A DNA stretch of 42,593 nt from Pseudomonadota bacterium. Lineage in GTDB: Bacteria; Bdellovibrionota_B; Oligoflexia; Oligoflexales; CAIYRB01. Below the pieces are notes generated by a model, which was not told the origin of the DNA, did no database searches, and saw only the letters and a program-made list of their open reading frames with translations. Position numbers and translations under genes: made by a program. Location of the stretch: the NCBI GenBank assembly GCA_031416315.1, contig JANOTL010000123.1, positions 1 through 42,593 on the forward strand, written 5' to 3'. Below are positions 34,688-42,593 of this stretch, one piece after another. How positions within the stretch are numbered: the stretch's first letter is position 1; every line of letters begins with the position of its first letter.

Positions 34688-35215
34688 TTATCGTGTGATG
34701 TCCTTGTGCGCTGCGGCCAACGCCATAAGAGCAACCCATTTGTCACGAATGCTCGGATCCGCGACGACGCGTGCTGCCGTGGCTTCGTCGAAGAGCCGCA
34801 GCACGGTTCTGGGGTCGCGCGGCAGCCTTCGGTAAGCTGCGGCCTCCAGCGGCGTCCGCCGCAGATGCTCGACGATGTCGTCGACGAGGGAAGCGGCGCC
34901 GGGAACGTGGCGCATCGACTCGATCTCTCTCACGCTGCGCTTGACCGCGACGCGTTGCCGGCGCGCCTCGACCTTTGGACTCGCACGCGACGGCTCGGCC
35001 ACCACGCCCGACGTACCGCTGAAGGCGTCGGCCGCTCCCTGTCCGAGCACCGTCTGCGTTCGCTGGTTGCGTGCGCTGGCCAAGGCCGTGTAACGCTCGC
35101 GCACCGCGGCCTTGAGTCGTGTTCTCCCGATGATCGCGGCGATCTCGCGCGGGTGCGGCGGGCCGACGACGACTGGAGAAGGTTCTGAACGAGGACGTTG
35201 TCCTTTTGTCAACAC
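34688..35215 (-). CDS. Hypothetical protein, 5' end uncertain
   Basis: Distal part of ORF 34688-36094 has GC3-rich coding-like codons; no clear SD or start. Confidence 0.4.
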   Translation of the reverse strand: MLTKGQRPRSEPSPVVVGPPHPREIAAIIGRTRLKAAVRERYTALASARNQRTQTVLGQGAADAFSGTSGVVAEPSRASPKVEARRQRVAVKRSVREIESMRHVPGAASLVDDIVEHLRRTPLEAAAYRRLPRDPRTVLRLFDEATAARVVADPSIRDKWVALMALAAAHKDITR

Positions 35216-37281
35216 CGTCGGTGACGACGATTTCCAGAGCGACTCTCTCGACCACGCGAACTTTCGGACGAGGAGCTGCCGCAATTTCGGCGCGAAGTCA
35301 TCGAGGCTTTGATCGCCGGCGCCGCACAAGGCGGAGCCAGCGAAGCGGAGATCGACGAGCTCTACGACACCGTAACTGCAGGCGCCATCGAGAGCCTCGC
35401 GGATGCCGATGTCGGCGCGGCCGGCTACGTCGCTTTCGCGGCCGACGTCATTGACAGCGCTTTCGCGGCGCTTGGCCAGATCGAGGGGGACGCGGAGCCG
35501 ACCGTCGAGCAGGACTCGGACTTCGATGGCGATCCCGACACGACGGATCCGGACGTCGACAACGACGGCACGGCCAACGAAGCAGACACGGACGACGACG
35601 GCGACGGCGACACCGACGTCGAAGAGGTCGCCGACGATTTCAATGACGGCGATGCCGACGACGACGGCATCTTCGACGAAGAAGACACCGACGACGACGG
35701 CGACGGCTTGGGCGACGCGGAGGAAAATGAAGGCGAGGACGACGAGGCGGAATATGACCAGCTCGCCTACCTCCTCAGCATTCTCAGCGACACGCTCGCG
35801 GCCGCGATCGGCGCCGGCGACGAAGCCGGGCTCGACGACGCGCAGATGACTCTGCTCGTGCAAGCGCTCGCGGAAGCCGCAGCCGCTGCGCTCAGCGAGG
35901 TCGGCCTCACGACGGACGAGCTCGACCAGGCTTTCGAGGAGCTCGGCGCCGGGATCATGTCGGGCCTCCACAACGCGGGCCGCATGGACGATGCGGCCGA
36001 GGCGCTCCAGTGGGCCGAGATTGGCGCCAAAGGACTCCTCGACGGCGTGACCCAGGCCTCGGACGAGGCGATTCCGGGCGAGGAGCTGGCGCAAATCGTC
36101 GGCGGCGTCTTGCGCGGCGTCATGTTCGGTATCGAGGAGCTGAACGACGACTCGAACGTCGGCATCTTCGAGGACGACGCCGGTGAGACGGCCCTCCTCG
36201 ACTTCGGCGGCGGTCTTTTCGGGCAGATGATGGGCTATCTCGACGACGCCGGCTTCGCGGCTGAGGACCGGGCCGCCATTGCCGAGGCCTCGTTGCTCGC
36301 CATGACGGAGGGCTACGAATACGCGGGCGTCGACGACGCAGCCATCGTCGCGTATTCCGATGACCTCGTCGATGACCTCGAAAACGCGCTCGCCGCGATG
36401 GGCCTTGAAGTCGGCGACTTCGACTTCGACGCGCTCGAAGACGCGATCGACTCCGAAGCTTTGACGGACGACGAGGAGGCTGAACGCGCCGCCGACGAGA
36501 CCGACACCGACAGCGACGGCGACCCCGATGACATGGACCTAGACGACGACAACGACGGCACTCCCGATGACGAGAATGCCGACGACAACGGTGATGCGCC
36601 CGATCCCGTCGACTTCGATGGCGACCTGGACAACGACGGCGAGTCGAACGAGGTCGACGCCGACGACGACGGCTTGGACGACAACGACGATGCGGACGAC
36701 GATAACGACGACGTCCTGGATTCCGATGACTCCGATGACGACAACGACGGCACCCCTGATGTCGACGAAGCCATCGACGCGGACGACGACCTCGATACGA
36801 CGGCCGGACGAACGCCGAGGATGAGGACGACGACAATGACGGCGAGTTGGACACGACCGATGCCGACGACGACAACGACGGCCTCCCGGATGCGGAGGAC
36901 GCCGATGACGACGGCGACGGCGTGCCCGACGGGAACGAGGAATCTGACGTAGACAACGATCTGGACAACGACGGCACGCCGAACGACGTCGATACTGACG
37001 TTGACGGCGACTTGATGCCCAATGCCGAGGATTCGGACGACGACAACGACGGCATCGCGGACCTCGACGACAATGACGACGATGGCGACGGCACGCCGGA
37101 CGCGAGCGAGACCGACTCCGACGATGATCTCGACGGCGACGGCGAGACCAACGGCGTGGACGCCGATGACGACGGCGACGGGACGACCGATGACCTAGAC
37201 GCGGACGACGACGGCATCCTCGACGAAGAGGATCTCGACGACGACAATGACGGCGTCAACGACTTCGATGAAGTTGCGTAA
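35205..37281 (+). pseudogene. Very acidic DxDxDG (thrombospondin type-3-like) repeat protein with two apparent single-base frameshifts and no clear start
   Basis: Reading continues across frames at about 35258 (GCG|GAA missing a G) and 36797 (GAT AAC missing an A; adding it restores DLDNDG). Confidence 0.7.
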
Positions 37282-37323
37282 GCGGTAGAGTCGCGGCGCA
37301 TTGACACGGTCCGTTATCGGACC

Positions 37324-37356
37324 AGCCCTCGCTTGAAGAAAGCGAGGGCTTTTTTT
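37324..37356 (+). terminator. Rho-independent terminator
   Basis: AGCCCTCGCTT-gaaga-AAGCGAGGGCT perfect 11-bp stem followed by a T run. Confidence 0.9.
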
Positions 37357-37379
37357 GGCTTAAGCCCTAGCGTCGATGT

Positions 37380-38930
37380 CTAGGCCACCGACTCCGAGAG
37401 CTCTCCCTCACGCTTCTCCAACTCCAAAAGCTCCTCGGGAGCCCGCAAAATAAAGCCGAATCGCGCCAATTTCGCCTCATAGATGTGGTGTCTCTCGCGC
37501 AGCTGCCGCAGCGTATGCCGATACGCCGCGCCTACGATCTCCGTCCGCAGCCTGTAGCGCATGGGCGAGCCCGCCATCAGCTGCGCGCACTCTTCATCCG
37601 GCTGGAACACCAAGAAATCCACATCCGGATAACGCTCGGTCAAGTGCATCAAGGTTTGCTGAAACCGCGTGTGCACCAACGCCTTGATCGTTTGGATAAT
37701 CGCGTAGATGCCGCCGCGCTTGTCGACGTCCCCGGGGACCAAGGTGCCTAGAGGCTTCAACGGGTCGATGATGAAGATCAGCCGGCAGTTGCGGTCCACC
37801 AGCAGCTCCAAGTTCACCGTCTTGGTCACTTGCCCGTCGATGAACCACCGTCCGTTGACCTGATGCGGCGTAAAGAAAGGCGGTAGCGCGCAGCTCGCCC
37901 GCAGCGCTTCGCTGACCGGCACGTTCGCCCACGGCGGCTTTCCGAATGTCACGTGCTCGAACGTGTCCTGATCGGTCGCGCCGATGAAGAGCTCCACGTC
38001 CAAGCCATGGAACGCGTCGCGGTGCCCATATTTCTCGATCGATTCTTTGAGGTAGTTCTTCAGCGCCTCGCCCTTGAAGATCCCCGTCGGGATCGAGCGC
38101 AGGACCTTCCTGGTCCACTTCTGCGGATCGAGTCCCGCCCAGCTGATCGTCTCGGACAGGATCCTCTTGCCGATCGACTTCGTCGCGATGTCGAAGAGCA
38201 TCGCGCCCGACAGCGGCGACAGGGTCTCCGAGCGCCCGTTCATCGCGCGGATCACCTCCGTCGTCGGCACCTTCCCGGCCATCAGCGCCGCGCAGATCGA
38301 GCCGCTGGAGATGCCCGAGAAGGTGTCGATGGAATCGATTTTCCGTCCCGTGATCCCTTTGCTCAAGGCGTGGAGCACGCCGACCTGATAGAGAAAGCCC
38401 TCGAGCCCGCCGCCTGAAAGGCCCATCCCGACCTTCTCGTCGCGGATGATGCCGCGATCCAAGACCCGCTTCAGCCAGCGCAGGACCGACGCCGTATTCT
38501 TCGGCGCGATGCACAAATCCCGCACCTGAACGCGCCCGAGCTGAAAAGCGCGAATCGCATCGTCGGCCTCCTCCTCCAGGATCGCGACGACGCGGCTCAT
38601 CGGAAACAGGAAATCCGGCCCCCAGAGATCGGCGAACGCCTTGACGTCGTCTCGGATCTTCGCCAGCGCCGCACGCGCCTCGATGCCGCCGGTGCGCTCG
38701 TCGTAGATCAAGAGATCGACCGGATTCTGGCGCAGGTGCGGCGTGATCGCGTCCAAGTCCGAGATCAGGTAGATCTTCAGCACCATTTTGTCGAGCATCA
38801 CATGCTCGAGCTGATAGGCCTCGGCGACCGAAGACCGCTCCTTCAGCGGCGTCGCGCGCATCCGCTGCAAGGCGCCGCGCGTCTTCTCGATCTGGGCGGC
38901 CGAAGCGACGAAGAGCAGGTGGTGTAACAA
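37380..38930 (-). CDS. Patatin-like phospholipase with N-terminal receiver-like domain
   Basis: SGGGLEG oxyanion loop, GISSG nucleophile elbow, ASCALP and FIDGQ; TTG start 7 nt after the dsbD stop. Confidence 0.85.
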   Translation of the reverse strand: MLHHLLFVASAAQIEKTRGALQRMRATPLKERSSVAEAYQLEHVMLDKMVLKIYLISDLDAITPHLRQNPVDLLIYDERTGGIEARAALAKIRDDVKAFADLWGPDFLFPMSRVVAILEEEADDAIRAFQLGRVQVRDLCIAPKNTASVLRWLKRVLDRGIIRDEKVGMGLSGGGLEGFLYQVGVLHALSKGITGRKIDSIDTFSGISSGSICAALMAGKVPTTEVIRAMNGRSETLSPLSGAMLFDIATKSIGKRILSETISWAGLDPQKWTRKVLRSIPTGIFKGEALKNYLKESIEKYGHRDAFHGLDVELFIGATDQDTFEHVTFGKPPWANVPVSEALRASCALPPFFTPHQVNGRWFIDGQVTKTVNLELLVDRNCRLIFIIDPLKPLGTLVPGDVDKRGGIYAIIQTIKALVHTRFQQTLMHLTERYPDVDFLVFQPDEECAQLMAGSPMRYRLRTEIVGAAYRHTLRQLRERHHIYEAKLARFGFILRAPEELLELEKREGELSESVA

Positions 38931-38937
38931 GTGCTGC

Positions 38938-40779
38938 TTACTCCGCCTTGCGTTTGAAGGCGTCGAGCGCATTGAGCAAGGCGCCCGCGCCGACGTAGCC
39001 AGTGACGTTCTGCCGTTTGTCGGGGGCGCCGTTGGGCGGCAAGAGCACCAGAGTCGGCAGGCTCTGGAGCCCGTATTTCGCCTGGATCTTGTCGTTCGGC
39101 TCGTTCGACTCGGTGAGGTCGAGCTTCGCCATCACCCAGCCGGCCGCTAACGCTTTCTGTACCTCTGGATCGACGAAGGTCGTCACGTCCATCTTTTTGC
39201 AGGCTTCGCACCACTCCGCCCACATGTCGATCAAGATCGGCCTACCGGCCGCGGTCGCCGCGGCGATTGCTTCGGCCTCGGTGCGGTAGACCGTCACCGG
39301 GCCGTGCGCGTCGCCCGGGCTCGCGATCGCAGCGCCCGTCGTCAGCCTTTGCGACAAGGCGAAGATCCCGACACCGAGCACCACGGTCGGCAGGATCATC
39401 GACGCCTTGCTGTTTTGCAGGTTCGGCACGATCACCCACACCGCGGCCAAGAGCACCCCGGAGACGAGCGCGATCGGTGCCACCGTCGCCCACAGCGGTC
39501 TAAGCTCGGCGAAAGTCGAGTACAGCGGAATCCGCAGGTAATAGAGCCCCAAGCCGAACATCACGGAGGCGAAGAGGAGCTTCACGCCGACTTGAACCTG
39601 CGGCCCGACCTTGATCGCAGACACCTTCGCCGCCGCGCCGCCCAGCAGAATGTAGGGCAGGCCGAAGCCCAAGCTGTAGACGACGAGAAGGAGGGTCGAC
39701 TGCGCGATGCCCTGACCGGCATTCGCGGTGTAAGCCAAGAGCGCCGCCAAGATCGGGCCCGTGCACGGCGCCGCCACCAGGCCCGCGCCCGTGCCCATCG
39801 CGAACGTATTCTTCAGCGACGGCTTGCCGGATCCCAAGCGGTTCCCGAGCATCTGCAGCTTCGAGAAGTCGCCGAACCCGAGCATCGTCACGCCGAGCAG
39901 GATCATCAAGACGGCGAACACCGCGTTGAACGTCTTGCTCGCGAGGAGGCTCCCGAACATGCCGCCGCTCAGAGCGGCGACCAGCCCCAGGACCGAATAC
40001 GTCGCGACGATCCCCATCGCATAGGCCGTCGCGTTCACGTACGCCGAGCCGCCTTGCCGCGACAAAAGGCGCAGCGTGATCGGGATCATCGGATAAACAC
40101 AGGGCGTGAGGTTGGACAGGAGGCCGCCGACGAAAACGAGGCCCAAGAGCATGCCGAAGCTCAACGAGCCGCCCTTCAGCATGGTCGCCAAGCGTGATTC
40201 GAGGTCCACGTCCCGCTCGACCGGCGCCGCCGGCTCAGGGGGCGAGGGTGCTGCGATCGTCGGCTCGGCGCTCGAAGCTAGCGCCTTCGGCGCCACCGCG
40301 GCCGCGCGCATCGGCGCGAACATCTTCTCCGTGTAAGGGAAGAGGCAGATCACCTTCGTACAGCCCACGTACTTCGCCGCGAATTGGAAGGTGTCCCGCT
40401 TCGTGTCCACCGGACCCTCGAGCGTGACGAAGAACTCGCCCCCGTCGAACACCTCGACCTCCTTTCCGGAGACCGGGTCGACGATCCTCTTCGTCGGCGG
40501 CGGCGTGACGCTCAGCACCGTGAAGCCCGAAGGCCCCGAGAAGCTCAAGTTGTCTGAGTAGATCGACCAGCCTGGGTCGACGAGGAGCCGAGCTCCGACT
40601 TGGACGAGCGTCGGGCTGACGATGGTCGCCTCGATCGCTTCCCAATGGACGACGTCGGCCGGTTTGATGTCCTGGGCTTTGGCGTCCTGGATGGCGTCGC
40701 CGTCGAACTGGGCGCGGGCGCCCCCTCCGAGCGCAAGACCCAAGACGATCGCCACCGAAGCCCACGATTGACGCAGCAC
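38938..40779 (-). CDS. dsbD: Thiol:disulfide interchange protein DsbD
   Basis: CTKVIC (alpha), LTPCVYPMIP and AAPCTGP (beta), WAEWCEACK (gamma thioredoxin); GAGGAGG SD before GTG 40779. Confidence 0.92.
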   Translation of the reverse strand: MLRQSWASVAIVLGLALGGGARAQFDGDAIQDAKAQDIKPADVVHWEAIEATIVSPTLVQVGARLLVDPGWSIYSDNLSFSGPSGFTVLSVTPPPTKRIVDPVSGKEVEVFDGGEFFVTLEGPVDTKRDTFQFAAKYVGCTKVICLFPYTEKMFAPMRAAAVAPKALASSAEPTIAAPSPPEPAAPVERDVDLESRLATMLKGGSLSFGMLLGLVFVGGLLSNLTPCVYPMIPITLRLLSRQGGSAYVNATAYAMGIVATYSVLGLVAALSGGMFGSLLASKTFNAVFAVLMILLGVTMLGFGDFSKLQMLGNRLGSGKPSLKNTFAMGTGAGLVAAPCTGPILAALLAYTANAGQGIAQSTLLLVVYSLGFGLPYILLGGAAAKVSAIKVGPQVQVGVKLLFASVMFGLGLYYLRIPLYSTFAELRPLWATVAPIALVSGVLLAAVWVIVPNLQNSKASMILPTVVLGVGIFALSQRLTTGAAIASPGDAHGPVTVYRTEAEAIAAATAAGRPILIDMWAEWCEACKKMDVTTFVDPEVQKALAAGWVMAKLDLTESNEPNDKIQAKYGLQSLPTLVLLPPNGAPDKRQNVTGYVGAGALLNALDAFKRKAE

Positions 40780-40978
40780 GCTTCGCCTCCTCAGAACACC
40801 GAGATTCTGCCCCTGCCATCGATGATAGCATCGGCTGATCGGCAATCAACCCTGAGATTTCATTATCGAAATCTTATCTCTTGACCATGCCGGGGAGTTC
40901 TTCTAGAAAGCTAAGCTCCGTTGGCCCTTCGACTTTCCGTCTCTCCATACTTTATATATTCACGGCGGGTGCGCATTC

Positions 40979-41323
40979 ATGAGCCTGAAGCAACATGACC
41001 CCAAGCACGACTTCAAGAGCAAGCTCCGCAAAGGTGACGAAGTCATCGTTTTGACGGGCAAATCGAAGGGCGAAGTCGCGAAGATCGACTCCCTCGACAA
41101 GAAGACCGGCCGCATCTATCTCGCGGGCAAGCATCTGAGCAAAAAGCATCAGAAGCCCGACCTGAACAACACCGAAGGTGGCATTGTCGACATCCCGATG
41201 TCGCTGCACATCTCCAACGTCGCCCTGGTCGACCCGAAGACCAAAAAGGCGACCCGCGTCGGCTATAAGGTCGACGGCGCCAAGAAGACCCGGATCGCGA
41301 AGAAGTCCGGCCAGTCGCTCTAA
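40979..41323 (+). CDS. rplX: 50S ribosomal protein uL24
   Basis: KLRKGDEVIVLTGKSKG KOW motif, KKHQKP, GGIV, LHISNVALVDP and TRVGYK. Confidence 0.95.
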   Translation: MSLKQHDPKHDFKSKLRKGDEVIVLTGKSKGEVAKIDSLDKKTGRIYLAGKHLSKKHQKPDLNNTEGGIVDIPMSLHISNVALVDPKTKKATRVGYKVDGAKKTRIAKKSGQSL

Positions 41324-41350
41324 GAGCCGGAGCCGCGCCTTTCTCCGCCC

Positions 41351-41384
41351 AAGCCCTGGCTCCCGACGATGGGACCAGGGCTTT
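41351..41384 (+). terminator. Hairpin downstream of rplX, possible weak terminator
   Basis: AAGCCCTGG(C)TCCC / GGGACCAGGGCTT stem with only a short T tail. Confidence 0.45.
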
Positions 41385-41439
41385 GCCATGCCCGCCCCCC
41401 GATGGTCTACAATGGACAAAAGTCCTTCGTGGAGCCCCC

Positions 41440-42432
41440 TTGCGCACCCTTGCCGCCCTCTCAGCCGCCTCGCTGCTGTCCGCCTGCGCCTCCCTGCCCG
41501 CGACCGTCCACAACCCGACGACCCCGATGAACGGCGGCTTCTTCGAGCTCGGCGGCATCTACAGCCCCTCCGAGAACCTCGACTCGGTCGAGTCGAAGGC
41601 ATCCAAGGCGGCTGCCAAGCTCGACACCCGCGACCAACGCTCGGGCTTCAGCGCTCTCCTCCAAGCCAGCATCTTCTATATGAAGGTCGACGCGGCCCCG
41701 CTTCCCGGCGCCTGGTTTGGGGCCGGCTTGGTTGACGAGACGCCTGGCCGCTTCTCCTGGTCCCCGGCGATCGAGTTCACCGGCTCGCCGTTGAAGGAGG
41801 TGAATCCGAATGAATCCTCCAAGGACGGTTACCTCCGTGACAAAGACGGGAACCGCTACCTCTACGAGATCACGCGCAAGAGCGACGGATTCTCGCTCGC
41901 GATCCCGCAGCTCTTCGAGTTCCGCCCCGTACGCCGCTTCGGGATCTATCTAGCAGCGCTGCCTTTCTACATCTACGGTAAGCGAGAGACGACCGTCGAC
42001 TTCGTCTACGAGAACGACCGCCGTCTCGTCGGCGCCGATCCCGAGCTCGACGCCGAGTGGCAATCGCTGAAGAAGAAGTTGAAGCGCGAAGACAGCGCGA
42101 CGGTCTCGCGCTCGGGGCTGCCCCTCGTCATCGGCGCGCGCCTGCAGATCACGAAATTCCACGCGCGCCTCGCGTTCACGGACCGTAGCATCGACAGCGT
42201 CAAAGACTACTCCGATACGTTCCGGCGTTTCGTCTTGCTCTCGTTCGGCTACCAGATCGGCACCTCTGGGACCTACCGCCCGACGCCCAGGCCGCAGCCG
42301 AGCCCGCAGCCCCAACCGACCCCGACGCCGCAAGTGGCGCCCGAGCCAGCTCGTGTCGTGCCGCCGCCGCCACTGCCTCCACCGCCGCCAAAAAAGAAGC
42401 CCGAGAGAAAATCTCGGACTCGGGATCTGTAG
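41440..42432 (+). CDS. Hypothetical lipoprotein, beta-strand rich, with Pro-rich C-terminal tail
   Basis: GGAG then TTG start; lipobox LLSAC; ...LSFGYQI followed by PTPRPQPSPQP...PPPPKKK. Confidence 0.7.
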   Translation: MRTLAALSAASLLSACASLPATVHNPTTPMNGGFFELGGIYSPSENLDSVESKASKAAAKLDTRDQRSGFSALLQASIFYMKVDAAPLPGAWFGAGLVDETPGRFSWSPAIEFTGSPLKEVNPNESSKDGYLRDKDGNRYLYEITRKSDGFSLAIPQLFEFRPVRRFGIYLAALPFYIYGKRETTVDFVYENDRRLVGADPELDAEWQSLKKKLKREDSATVSRSGLPLVIGARLQITKFHARLAFTDRSIDSVKDYSDTFRRFVLLSFGYQIGTSGTYRPTPRPQPSPQPQPTPTPQVAPEPARVVPPPPLPPPPPKKKPERKSRTRDL

Positions 42433-42460
42433 GAAGCACCTGTACCTGGCGCGACCGCGC

Positions 42461-42592
<132 letters not shown>

Positions 42593-42593
42593 C

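Noticed and set aside
36797..36800. Programmed ribosomal frameshift in the acidic gene
   Set aside because: No slippery heptamer or obvious stimulatory structure; a simple 1-nt deletion explains it
35500..37270. GACGACGAC-rich repeats as a DNA repeat element or array
   Set aside because: Explained by Asp codons of the acidic protein

Overview
GC-rich bacterial chromosomal window. Gene content suggests Bdellovibrionota/Oligoflexia or another 'deltaproteobacterial' lineage (inference). From left to right it holds: the distal half of a type II secretion operon (gspI-like tail, gspJ, K, L, M, N); a GT-B/TPR three-gene unit; an Fe-S DinG/XPD helicase with an N-terminal nuclease-like domain; a GT2 plus two GT-C glycosylation operon; an orphan phoU; a pseudo-receiver TPR protein; an Slt lytic transglycosylase; maiA; and a NarL-type regulator. 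The most notable element is a divergently transcribed six-gene envelope cluster (22925-29627). It encodes four single-CxxCH proteins, four lipoproteins and a Tat-exported DUF1501-like protein, and I know of no assigned function for it. Further right are a Fur-box-preceded His-rich secreted protein, two sigma54-type promoters (one driving an unannotated 24-aa ORF coupled to DUF72), a very acidic DxDxDG-repeat gene with two frameshifts, patatin, dsbD, an rplX outside the spc operon and a collagen-like (GAT)n gene end. No rRNA, tRNA, CRISPR array or mobile element was recognised. Family calls come from motif recognition by eye, not database searches.
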